Shown: positions 43,785 to 52,803 of the stretch, one piece after another
How positions within the stretch are numbered: position 1 is the first letter of the stretch
How the letters are laid out: the number at the start of each line of letters is the position of its first letter
Origin: an uncultured Chloroflexia bacterium
Lineage (GTDB): Bacteria; Chloroflexota; Limnocylindria; QHBO01
Assembly (NCBI GenBank): GCA_963825525.1
Contig: CAWGTN010000002.1
Location: 1,344,001-1,408,000 of the forward strand
Length of the DNA stretch: 64,000 bases
Reading direction: 5' to 3'
Notes under the pieces: generated by a model
Told to the model about the DNA's origin: nothing
Database searches by the model: none
Seen by the model: only the letters and a program-made list of their open reading frames with translations
Translations under genes and position numbers: made by a program

Positions 43785-46700
43785 TTGTCGGATATCAAAT
43801 ACGCCTACCCGCTGATTCTCAACAAGGTCGCCTCGCCCCAGTACGCGACGCCGACGCTTCGCCGCGCGCGCCTTCTGGAGTGGCTGGACAAGGCGTCCGA
43901 CTGCCGCGCCGCCGTCATCGCGGCCGATGCGGGCTACGGCAAGACCACGCTGCTGTGGCAATGGGAGCGCGAAGCGCAGGTACCGGTGTACTGGTACAAG
44001 CTCGACCGCAACGATCGGGACTGGACGTTCCACATCAGCTACCTGATCGAGGCGATCAGCAAGCGCCATCGCGGATTCGGTCGGCGGGCGCACTCGATGC
44101 TGCAGCAGCTTGGCGGACCGGGATCGGCACGGCCGGGCGTCGCTGCGTACCTGCTGGCCGAAATGCACGAGCAACTGACGGAGCCGTGCACCTTCATCAT
44201 CGATGACTGGCAGTACGTGAACTCGGCCACGGAAGTTCGCGGGCTGTGGAACCAGATCCTCCGTGACGCTCCACCGACCTGCCGCTTCATCTTTGCCTCG
44301 CGGGCCAAGCCGGGACTTCAATTCGCACGGTTCAAGACGCACTCCGGCTACGCCGAGCTTCGAACCGATGCCCTGCGCTTCACCGAAGCCGAGATCGACG
44401 AGCTGTTCCGCGACATCTACAACGACCCGCTGGACCCGACCGAGCTCGTCGAGCTGGAGCGGCGAACGGAAGGCTGGGCCGCGTCGCTGCAGCTGGTCGA
44501 GGTCTCGCTCCGCGAGCGCACGACACCCGAGGGCCGGCGCGACTTCATCCAGTCCATCACCGCGACCACGGACAGCGACCTCTTCGACTTCCTGGCCGAG
44601 GAGGTGCTCGACCAGCAGCCCGAAGAGACGCGGAACTTCCTGCTCACCACGTCCATCCTCCAACAGATCACACCGGAGGTGGCCGAGCGGCTGGCAGGGG
44701 TGCACGACGGCCGTCGCGAGCTGACCGAGCTCGAGCACCGCGGCCTGTTCACGAGTCGCCTGGACGAGGAGCGGTTCCGATACCACAACCTGTTCCGCGA
44801 GTTCCTCGAGCGGCGGCTCATCAGCGAGCGCTCGGAGGCGGAGGTCATCGGCCTGCATATTCACGCGGCCTCCTACTTCGAGACGACGGAGCAGTGGCCC
44901 GAGGCCATCCATCACTACCTGCGAGCCGGCCTCCACCGTCAGGCCGCGCGACTCATCGCCAAGCACGGTGAGGCAGTCGCAGAAGAAGGTCGGCTTGGGC
45001 TCGTGGACGTCTGGATCCGTCAGCTCCCCGCGGAGGCAATCCGACAGAACGCGCGATTGAGCCTCCTATTTGGAGAGACGTCGGGCATGCGGGGCGACTG
45101 GGATCTCGCCCTTCAGGCGCTCACCCGAGCTCGAGCCTATTTTCAGAAGAAGGGTGACAAGCGGCTTGAGTCGCTAGCGTGCTTGAAGCTCAGTTCCGTC
45201 TATTCGAACTACGGCGACAGCGAATTGTCAGCCGGTATCGCGGAGTCGGGCGCTGCCCTCGTTCCTGCTGATGCAGTCGGAACCCGGCTACGACTCGAGG
45301 GCAACCTCGCCATCACCAAGCTGTGGTCGGCGCAACCATACGATCTCGTTGTAAGGGAGTGTCAACGCATCGCAGTGGAGGCCGCGGCTAGAGGTTTCGA
45401 TCACTTTGCTGCGATCGCCCTTCACAATGCGGGCGGCATTCAACTCAGGATGGGACGTGCCCAGGAGGCCGTGACCAACCTTGAAAAGGCTGCAAAATTT
45501 TGGTCGGGCACACCCACGAATCCATTTGCCGACAACTCCGAACTAGTCGGCGCACTGCTCGTAGCCGGACGTGCCGACCAGGCGCGGAAGATCGCAGTGG
45601 AAGCTGTAGAGAGAACACGGCCATGGCCACGACCTCACAGTGATGCGCTCTACGGGCATGCCGCTGTGTTGCTGCACGAGGGCCTGTTCGACTCCGCGGT
45701 CGCGGCGCTTAACGAGGCCGCAGCAACGCCCGCAGTCCTCGGAGCCGCTCACGGCCCAACTCATGCTCGTCTAGTTGAGGCGCTCTACCTCGCTGAGGCT
45801 GAGCCGTCAGTGATCCTCGATTGTTGTCAGTCGCTCAATGCGGGACCCGTCGATTCGCGTTACTCATCCGAGATTGCCCCCGCTGTAGGTATCGGAGTGC
45901 ACTTAGCCGGAGGCTGCGGAAAACGCTGCCAAGACGGCTTGGCCGGTCTGCACCAGTCGGCGGCTCAGGGCGGCCAGTTTCTCGCTATCACTGGAGCCGT
46001 CAAGCTGGGCGTGCTTGGCCTCGATCACGGTGGAAAACGGGATGTCATTGCAGCGTGGCAAGCGGTCGCGCTTGCCGACCAGCACGGCTACTTGCCAATC
46101 CTGAAGTGGTGGGTCAGACGCTACGTGTCGACATCGAGGGCCGCCGTTAGTCTGCCGAACGGAGCGGACCTGATTGCTCGCCTTGTCGAGGCTGACCCGG
46201 AAGGGTGGCGGATCCCGGCCGCTCAACTCCTCCCGCTCCTGTCAGGAGCCGCGCGGTCCACCGTCCTGTCCTGCGTAGCTCGGTATGCCAATCGGGAAAC
46301 GGTGGATGCCCTGAGCGATGTGCCCGGCCAGGACGTGCTCGAAATACGCCAAGCGCTTCGCACATCCCAGGCAGCTCGTCTCTTCCTGCGAACGATGGGG
46401 GGCATCAGTCTCAGGCGTGGGTCATGGGACGGTCCGGCAGTGCACATCGCGAAGCGGCGTGTTCGCGCTCTACTCGCTGTCTTGGCCGCGCATTCGCACA
46501 CCATCCTGACGCGCGACCAAGCGCTGGATCTCTTGTGGCCAGACGCGGATGCGGACTCTGCGATCAACAGTTTGAACCAGACGGTCTTCCAGCTTCGCCG
46601 ACACCTCGACCCCGGGTACAGGGGAGGGGAGAGTCCGGAATACATCATGAGTTCAGCGGAGTCGGTGGGACTGTCCTCTGACTTGATTCGAACTGACGTC

Positions 46701-47138
46701 GATGAGATCAAGCGACTTGCGCTGCGGCTCACCACAGCAAGTTGGGTTGAACGGCAGGGTGTTGCGCGCCGCCTCACTCACCTCGTTAGGGGGGAGTTTC
46801 TCGCGGACCTGCGCTACGAGTCTTGGGCATCCCGCCTCCAGGGACAGGTGCACCAGTACGTTCGATCGTGCCTGCTGCCGATCGCCAACGGAGCAGGCTC
46901 GTCATATGACAACGATGTTGCTCTTGAGGCCGCCTCGGCCCTGGTGAGCATCGATCCATTCGATGAGGCCGCGACATTAGCCTTGGCCGAATGCCTCTCT
47001 GCGGGGGGACGTCGTGTGGCGGCGCGCGACCTCCTATTGGACTTTGCAAGGCTCATACGGGACGAGCTGGACGAACCGCCGTCAGAAGCCGTCGAGCGAG
47101 CAGCCGAGCGAAACGGGACCGCTGCTATCAAGTCCTAG
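43785..47138 (+). CDS. Large MalT-like STAND ATPase / TPR regulator with C-terminal winged HTH + BTAD
   Basis: Walker A ADAGYGKT, Walker B FIIDD, TEGW, LFDFLAEEV, RYHNLF; C-terminal LLWPD...LRRHL and DPFDE. Confidence 0.85.
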   Translation: MSDIKYAYPLILNKVASPQYATPTLRRARLLEWLDKASDCRAAVIAADAGYGKTTLLWQWEREAQVPVYWYKLDRNDRDWTFHISYLIEAISKRHRGFGRRAHSMLQQLGGPGSARPGVAAYLLAEMHEQLTEPCTFIIDDWQYVNSATEVRGLWNQILRDAPPTCRFIFASRAKPGLQFARFKTHSGYAELRTDALRFTEAEIDELFRDIYNDPLDPTELVELERRTEGWAASLQLVEVSLRERTTPEGRRDFIQSITATTDSDLFDFLAEEVLDQQPEETRNFLLTTSILQQITPEVAERLAGVHDGRRELTELEHRGLFTSRLDEERFRYHNLFREFLERRLISERSEAEVIGLHIHAASYFETTEQWPEAIHHYLRAGLHRQAARLIAKHGEAVAEEGRLGLVDVWIRQLPAEAIRQNARLSLLFGETSGMRGDWDLALQALTRARAYFQKKGDKRLESLACLKLSSVYSNYGDSELSAGIAESGAALVPADAVGTRLRLEGNLAITKLWSAQPYDLVVRECQRIAVEAAARGFDHFAAIALHNAGGIQLRMGRAQEAVTNLEKAAKFWSGTPTNPFADNSELVGALLVAGRADQARKIAVEAVERTRPWPRPHSDALYGHAAVLLHEGLFDSAVAALNEAAATPAVLGAAHGPTHARLVEALYLAEAEPSVILDCCQSLNAGPVDSRYSSEIAPAVGIGVHLAGGCGKRCQDGLAGLHQSAAQGGQFLAITGAVKLGVLGLDHGGKRDVIAAWQAVALADQHGYLPILKWWVRRYVSTSRAAVSLPNGADLIARLVEADPEGWRIPAAQLLPLLSGAARSTVLSCVARYANRETVDALSDVPGQDVLEIRQALRTSQAARLFLRTMGGISLRRGSWDGPAVHIAKRRVRALLAVLAAHSHTILTRDQALDLLWPDADADSAINSLNQTVFQLRRHLDPGYRGGESPEYIMSSAESVGLSSDLIRTDVDEIKRLALRLTTASWVERQGVARRLTHLVRGEFLADLRYESWASRLQGQVHQYVRSCLLPIANGAGSSYDNDVALEAASALVSIDPFDEAATLALAECLSAGGRRVAARDLLLDFARLIRDELDEPPSEAVERAAERNGTAAIKS

Positions 47139-47171
47139 TGGACTACGGCTCAGGCACGACGCGGAAAGGGG

Positions 47172-47200
47172 TTGACTCGGATCCTAAGGCAGGATATCGT
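47172..47200 (+). promoter_or_regulatory. Sigma-70 promoter
   Basis: TTGACT-17 nt-TATCGT. Confidence 0.65.
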
Positions 47201-47237
47201 ACTGCCCATCGATAGTACTTTGGTACTTCGACAAATA

Positions 47238-47321
47238 CCGTGGGACGCCGTGATCCGCCAGCCGAATTTGGGCACTTGGGCTGTCGGGGAGCAGGTAGTG
47301 CAACCGACCGTTCCGTCACGG
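47238..47321 (+). ncRNA. c-di-GMP-II riboswitch
   Basis: GGGAC..GTGA-stem-GGGCACTT-stem-GGAG..GTAGTGCAACCGACC matches the class II consensus from memory, including the GCAC/GTGC pseudoknot; lies upstream of an HD-GYP gene. Confidence 0.85.
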
Positions 47322-47368
47322 AGTGTGTCGGTTGTTAACCAATTCCGCGCAGAAGAGGGCACCTTCTG

Positions 47369-47395
47369 ATGACCAATCTCACCAAGGGCTGGTAA
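47369..47395 (+). CDS. 8-aa micropeptide MTNLTKGW
   Basis: AGAAGAGGG purine-rich RBS candidate; ATG...TGG TAA; C-terminus resembles that of the next peptide. Confidence 0.45.
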   Translation: MTNLTKGW

Positions 47396-47418
47396 TCCAG
47401 CCGGACTAGGAGATCAGC

Positions 47419-47517
47419 ATGCGCATGTTCGCTAGACGGCTCGCGACGCTGATTCCAGCCCTACTTTCGCTCGTGGCTTTAGCTCTAGCTGGAGGCGCAG
47501 GCTTCAGGGGTTGGTAG
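47419..47517 (+). CDS. 32-aa signal-peptide-like precursor MRMFARRLATLIPALLSLVALALAGGAGFRGW
   Basis: AGGAG RBS 6 nt upstream; basic N-region, hydrophobic core, short tail ending in W. Confidence 0.75.
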   Translation: MRMFARRLATLIPALLSLVALALAGGAGFRGW

Positions 47518-47559
47518 GCGGGAATGCTAGACTGCCAAACCGCATGAAGCGGTATCGAA

Positions 47560-48999
47560 TTGGTGGATAGCGGAGTCCGTCGCCTAGTCATCGCGACCGC
47601 AACCGCCGCAATTATCACAATTGCGGCGGTTGTGTACCTATTCCCGCTGAACGACGCAATCGGCGGCCCTCCAGGACTAGTGTTCTGGGTCATCGCGACA
47701 CTTGTCGCGAGTGCGCTACCGGTCCAGTTGCCACGAGGAACCGTCGTTTCCGTTTCTGCTTCGCCGGTGGTGGCGGCTTTCATACTTGGCGGTCCCCTGG
47801 CAGGCGTCATCGTCGCAGCCATCGGTTCGACTGACACTCGTGAGCTTCGCGGCGAAGTGCCGTGGTACGGAACGCTCTATAACCACGCGTCGATCGTCCT
47901 CGCCGTGGCCACCGCAGCGATCGTGCACCAGGCTCTGCTGGAGGTCAGTCCACCGGACGCAGGCGCGGAAATCGCCTACTCACTGCTAGCGGCCCTGGTA
48001 GCAGGAGTTGTCCTCTGGCTCGTGAACTGGACCCTAAGTGTCGGTGCGGTAAGCGTCCGGACGGGGGTTCCAATCCGAACGGTGTGGGCTCAGGACGTCT
48101 CCGGCATCGCTCTCACCATGATTGGGCTCGTCCCGCTGGCGTGGCTGATGGCTCAAGTCTTCGAACTCCCTCACGGCGCGGGTTGGTGGGCAACCGCACT
48201 ATTTGCGATTCCCCTCTTCACCACTCGCTTGGCGTATGCGAGGTATGTCGAGACGCGGCTGCTGTTCGAGCAGACCATCCAGGCACTGTCGAAGGCCGTC
48301 GACGCACGCGACCGGTATACCCGTAACCATTCGAGTCGCGTGAGCCGGATCTCGGAGGCGATGGCGCGGGTGATGCGGCTGCCCGAGTCCGAGATCGAGA
48401 AGATCACGTGGGCCGGGCTGCTCCACGACATCGGGAAGATCGGCATCCGCGACAACATCCTGCTGAAGGAAGGGCCGCTCGACAAGGAGGAGCGGACGAC
48501 CATGAATCGGCACCCGCGGATCGGCGCCGAGATCGTGGCACCCGCCACCCAGCTGCGGGGCGAGGCCCCGCTCATCCTGGCCCACCACGAGTGGTTCAAC
48601 GGATCGGGCTATCCGGAAGGCACCGAGGCGCTGGACATTCCATTGGGCGCCCGAATCATGACGATCGCCGATGCCTACGAGGCGATGACGAGCTCGCGCC
48701 CCTACCGCAAGACGCCGCTCACCCACGAGCAGGCCGTGGATCAGCTGGAGAAGTTCGCCGGCATCCAGTTCGACCCGGACATCGTTCCCATCCTGATCAA
48801 CCTGGACCGCAGCATCCTCGATCGGCCGCCCGACAGCCCCGACGAGCTCCCGACCATGCTGCATGATCCCGATCCCCGCGACACCGGCACCGACGCCGAT
48901 GCGCCCGGCGACCAGGTGATCGCTGCCGCCAAGCCGCCGGCCGAGTCCCCTCCCGATCCCCGAGCGAGGCCCACGTTGGCCTCGGACGATGTTTCTTAG
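47560..48999 (+). CDS. Membrane-bound HD-GYP c-di-GMP phosphodiesterase
   Basis: Multi-TM N-terminus; HS.RV, LLHDIGK, HHEWFNGSGYP, ADAYEAMT..RPYR, QFDP. Confidence 0.92.
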   Translation: MVDSGVRRLVIATATAAIITIAAVVYLFPLNDAIGGPPGLVFWVIATLVASALPVQLPRGTVVSVSASPVVAAFILGGPLAGVIVAAIGSTDTRELRGEVPWYGTLYNHASIVLAVATAAIVHQALLEVSPPDAGAEIAYSLLAALVAGVVLWLVNWTLSVGAVSVRTGVPIRTVWAQDVSGIALTMIGLVPLAWLMAQVFELPHGAGWWATALFAIPLFTTRLAYARYVETRLLFEQTIQALSKAVDARDRYTRNHSSRVSRISEAMARVMRLPESEIEKITWAGLLHDIGKIGIRDNILLKEGPLDKEERTTMNRHPRIGAEIVAPATQLRGEAPLILAHHEWFNGSGYPEGTEALDIPLGARIMTIADAYEAMTSSRPYRKTPLTHEQAVDQLEKFAGIQFDPDIVPILINLDRSILDRPPDSPDELPTMLHDPDPRDTGTDADAPGDQVIAAAKPPAESPPDPRARPTLASDDVS

Positions 49000-50911
49000 C
49001 GCAATCGTCCTCGCGCTGATCGTCGGCGCACTTGCCGGGGGGTCATTTCCCAGGATCGCCGATCTTCGCCTCCGCTGGAGTCTCCTCCTCGCCGTCGCTC
49101 TGGGGCTGCGTCTGCTGGTCGGCGTGAGTCGCGAGATCGCGATCCTTCCCGAGATCCCCGCCGGTGCGGCGGTGCTTGCCGCCTACGGCCTCATCCTCGC
49201 CTGGCTGTGGTTCAACTGGCGCGTACCCGGGCTCCAGATCGCAGCCGTCGGCATCGGCGCCAACCTTCTCGCCGTCCTCGTCAACCAGGGACAGATGCCG
49301 ATCTGGTCGGCCGCCTACTTCTCCGCGGGGTTCACCGAGGCCGATCTCGCCAACGACGCCTTCCATTTCCTGCTGCGAACCGATTCCATCGCCGGCTTCG
49401 TCGCCGCGGGCGGCCTGTTCGGCGACGTGATTCCGCTGCCGATCCCGTACATCCGCGACGTGATCAGCATCGGCGACGTGCTCCTGGCTCTCGGGATCTT
49501 CTGGGCCATCGTGTATTCGATGACGCGAGTCGATGCACCCACCCGACGCGCGGTTGCGATCGGCTCGGTTGGACAGCGTCAGCCTGCGGCCGGCGCGTTC
49601 CAGAGCGGGCTCGTCTACGCGCAGGCATCCGCCATCCCGGCCGATGCGGGCATCCCGACGGCCGACGGTGAGGCGGCGCCGCGGTCACAGTCGCCGTACC
49701 TGAGACTGGTGCGCAACCGGAACTTCTCACTGCTGTGGGTCGGTCAGCTTGTGTCGCTGCTGGGCGATCGCATCCACGTCATTGCGCTCGGGGCACTGGT
49801 CGCGGGCCGTGGCTCGGCACTCGAGGTCGGCCTGACATTCGCCGCAACCGCGGTGCCCAGCGTGATCCTGGGTCCGCTGGCCGGCGTCCTGGTCGACCGA
49901 TGGGACCGGCGCGTGACGATGGTCGCCTGCGACGTGGTCCGCGCGGTTCTCGTGCTGGCCGTGCCGTTCGCGTTCGAGATCCACATCGGCCTGGTCTACG
50001 CCTCAGCCTTCCTCATCGCGACGGTGACACTCCTGTTCCGGCCGGCGAAGACGGCGGTCGTGCCCGCCATCGTGGACGAGAAGGACCTGGTGACCGCCAA
50101 CTCGGCGATGTCGGTGCCGGAGACGGCGGCCGACCTCATCGGCTTCCCGGTGGCCGGGCTCATCGTGACCGCGTTGAGCGGCGTGATCGGCGCCGCATTC
50201 ATCCTGGATGCCGGGACGTACGTGGTATCCGCCGTCCTCATCTGGGCGATGCTCATCCCGCGCCAGGTTGCCGAGCCGGCCGAACGGCTGTCCATCGGCG
50301 GTGTGTGGCGCGAGATGCGCGAGGGGTTTGCCTTCCTATGGGCCGAATCGGCGCTGCTCTCGAACACGTTGCTCTCCACGCTGGCCCAGGTCGCGGTCGG
50401 CGCGGAGATCGTCGTCAGCCTCCTCTACGCACGGGACGTCGTGGCTCGCGGCGCGATGAGCTTCGAGCAGATGTACGCGCTCCTGCTCACCGCCATCGCG
50501 GTCGGGAGCGTGGTGGCCGGCGTGGCGGTCGGCGCCATCGGCGATCGAATCCCCAAGGGACCGATGGTGATCGCGGGCTTCCTGGGAATGGGGCTGTCCC
50601 TTGTCGCGGCGGGGCTCGTCACCGATCCGATCCTCGCCATGATCGCGTTCTTCTTCACCGGCGCGACGAACATGCTCTTCATCATCCCCACCGTGACGCT
50701 GTTCCAGCAGCGGACGCCGCAGCGCCTGATGGGCAGGGTGGTATCGAGCCGCCAGGCGCTGGTCTTCGGGTCGATCGCAACCTCGATGGGCCTGTCCGGC
50801 TGGTTGGCCGGCATCCTCGGACCGGCCGCAGTGCTGATGATCAGTGGCGGCATGTGCGCCGCGGCCGGGGTCATCGGCATCGTGGTGCCGCCCATGCGGA
50901 ACGCCCGCTGA
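48989..50911 (+). CDS. DUF5317-like membrane domain fused to an MFS transporter
   Basis: N-terminal ANLLAVLVNQGQMP...GDVIPLP...SIGD; C-terminal RNF.LLW.GQ..S..GD, G.LVDRWDRR, P..LMGRV. Confidence 0.8.
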   Translation: MFLSAIVLALIVGALAGGSFPRIADLRLRWSLLLAVALGLRLLVGVSREIAILPEIPAGAAVLAAYGLILAWLWFNWRVPGLQIAAVGIGANLLAVLVNQGQMPIWSAAYFSAGFTEADLANDAFHFLLRTDSIAGFVAAGGLFGDVIPLPIPYIRDVISIGDVLLALGIFWAIVYSMTRVDAPTRRAVAIGSVGQRQPAAGAFQSGLVYAQASAIPADAGIPTADGEAAPRSQSPYLRLVRNRNFSLLWVGQLVSLLGDRIHVIALGALVAGRGSALEVGLTFAATAVPSVILGPLAGVLVDRWDRRVTMVACDVVRAVLVLAVPFAFEIHIGLVYASAFLIATVTLLFRPAKTAVVPAIVDEKDLVTANSAMSVPETAADLIGFPVAGLIVTALSGVIGAAFILDAGTYVVSAVLIWAMLIPRQVAEPAERLSIGGVWREMREGFAFLWAESALLSNTLLSTLAQVAVGAEIVVSLLYARDVVARGAMSFEQMYALLLTAIAVGSVVAGVAVGAIGDRIPKGPMVIAGFLGMGLSLVAAGLVTDPILAMIAFFFTGATNMLFIIPTVTLFQQRTPQRLMGRVVSSRQALVFGSIATSMGLSGWLAGILGPAAVLMISGGMCAAAGVIGIVVPPMRNAR

Positions 50912-50939
50912 ACGAGCGATCTGCTACTCTGCGCGCGCC

Positions 50940-51194
50940 GTGGGACTGATTCTCGACCTGGCGGTCGCGGCCCTCGCGCTGCTCGTCATCGCTTCGCTGG
51001 CCATGCTGGCCTGGACGCTCGGCATCAGTGCCACGAGGGCGACCCGCGAACGGCGGCGGCAGGTCGAGGAGGATCGCCGATCCATCGCGCGGACGGAAGA
51101 ACGCGTTCGGTCCGCCGCCCGACGAACGTCGGCCAAGCTGGCTGAGCTCGCGGCGCGAACAACACCGACACCTGGAGAGCGACCCGACGCATGA
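50940..51194 (+). CDS. Small membrane protein with coiled-coil tail
   Basis: One TM helix, charged helix, overlaps next start. Confidence 0.55.
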   Translation: MGLILDLAVAALALLVIASLAMLAWTLGISATRATRERRRQVEEDRRSIARTEERVRSAARRTSAKLAELAARTTPTPGERPDA

Positions 51195-51499
51195 CGAAGA
51201 GCAGCCAGACGCCGAAACCTGAGGATCGCGCCGAGCGCGGATACCGAGGGGCACTCCCCGCGCAGGATGACCACCTCGCCAAGCCGTGGATTCTGACCGT
51301 GGCCGCCATCTTCCTGCTGGTGCTTCTCCTGTCCCTCGTGGGAATTCCGTCCTCCCTGATCCCCGATCCGACACCGGTGCCTCTGCCCTCGACCCCCGCT
51401 TCCAGCTCGGTCGAGCCCTCGGCTTCGGCTTCGGGGTCGGTGTCTGCTTCGCCTTCCGCTTCGGCTTCGGCTTCGGCTTCGGCCAGTCCTTCGCCGTAG
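51191..51499 (+). CDS. Small membrane protein with Ser/Ala/Pro-rich tail
   Basis: 102 aa, one TM, SASASA tail from TCGGCT repeats. Confidence 0.6.
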   Translation: MTKSSQTPKPEDRAERGYRGALPAQDDHLAKPWILTVAAIFLLVLLLSLVGIPSSLIPDPTPVPLPSTPASSSVEPSASASGSVSASPSASASASASASPSP

Positions 51500-51504
51500 G
51501 GTCG

Positions 51505-51689
51505 GCGCGAGCCGATGTTTCGGCTGCCGCGTGGCCCTGAAGCCGTCGCCGGCGCCCCTGCGCCGATATTTCAGGCGCCCGTCCTCGTGAGACGCGCCCC
51601 GGGGCGCCCTCCACGCTCACCACCGACCGAAATATCGGCGGCACGGCGCCTGAGGAACCCGGAGGCCACCGCCCGGCCGAAATATCGGC
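51505..51689. repeat. Four-palindrome unit (51/64/50), direct repeat copy 1
   Basis: Cores at 51513, 51564 (imperfect), 51628, 51678; 51549-51689 aligns without gaps to 52544-52684. Confidence 0.88.
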
Positions 51690-51728
51690 GTCGGGCGTCT
51701 TGGCACTCCGGGGACCGACCCGGCCTGC

Positions 51729-52427
51729 TCAGCCCACGGTCTGCGGCATTCTCCGCGGACGGATCCACAGCAATCCGTCGGCTCCCAGTGGCCGACCGCC
51801 TCTGATGGCGCCCAGCACCTCTCGTGATGTCCCGGGGAGTGCGGTCCCCACGAGCCGAGCGTGGGGCTCAAGGGCTGCGCGATTCCGCCTCGTGTCCTCG
51901 ACGGCCATGACCAGACGCACCGGCCGTTCGTGGCGCGCGGCGAGGTAGTCTCGCTTCTGCACGTTGCGCCGATACTGCGCCTGGAAGTCGACCAGCCTTC
52001 GGTCGATCTCGATGTCGATGATCTCGAGCGGGCCGTAGAGCACGACATCGCATGCCTCCCCGTGCTCGCCGGCGGGCAACTCGAGCGCCACGGTCCAATG
52101 CTGGGTGGCCAAGCGTCGGATGTGTTCCGCAACGGTGAGCTGACCGCTGTCGCGGAGGCCGATCGGGCGGGCGCGGTAGGCGCGCAGAACGATGTCGATC
52201 CCCACGGCTTGCCCCACCGCGCAGATCGTGGAGATGCTGACGCCGGGCTCGCCAAACTCCACGCGGCGCTCGGTGTCGGGCGAGACACCGGCTCTCCGGC
52301 TCGCGGTCACGCGAGTCATTGCCTGCTCCACCCGAGCGAGACGAATCTCCTGGCCGATCGACCCCGCCTGCGCGCGAGCCCGGCGTGCCCCGGCCCTCCG
52401 CTGGCTGGGGCGTGTGACGTGAGCCAT
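51729..52427 (-). CDS. XRE-type HTH + restriction-endonuclease-like domain protein (paralog A)
   Basis: IRLAR..AGVS..RVE.G HTH; E...D...EID acidic motif; DFQAQYRR. Confidence 0.75.
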   Translation of the reverse strand: MAHVTRPSQRRAGARRARAQAGSIGQEIRLARVEQAMTRVTASRRAGVSPDTERRVEFGEPGVSISTICAVGQAVGIDIVLRAYRARPIGLRDSGQLTVAEHIRRLATQHWTVALELPAGEHGEACDVVLYGPLEIIDIEIDRRLVDFQAQYRRNVQKRDYLAARHERPVRLVMAVEDTRRNRAALEPHARLVGTALPGTSREVLGAIRGGRPLGADGLLWIRPRRMPQTVG

Positions 52428-52500
52428 TCGGTGATCTTGCCGATGGGGACGTATCCGCGGCTTACCGGCGGGTTGTTCGGAATGGGCTTTCGGCCGTTTC

Positions 52501-52684
52501 CGGCGCGCCGATATCTCGGCCGCTTCGTGGCCTGGGCTTGATTCCGGCGCCCCTGCGCCGATATTTCATGCGCCGGTCCTCGTGAGAGGAGCCCCGGGGC
52601 GCCCTCCACGCTCACCACCGACCGAAATATCGGCGGCACGGCGCCTGAGGAACGCTCGGGCCACCCCCCGGCCGATATATCGGC
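52501..52684. repeat. Four-palindrome unit (50/64/50), direct repeat copy 2
   Basis: Cores at 52509, 52559 (imperfect), 52623, 52673. Confidence 0.88.
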
Positions 52685-52803
52685 CCGCGGCGAAGCGCCT
52701 AACCGTCACAGTGTTGTACGGAATCCGGACAGGTGCCATACTCACGCGGCTGCTCATCCCTGCGGGTTGACGAGCGCACCCACCACTGGAGGGCGGAATT
52801 CAG

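Noticed and set aside
47172-47369. 65-aa ORF from the ORF track
   Set aside because: It starts at the -35 TTG and runs through the riboswitch; better explained as promoter plus leader RNA.
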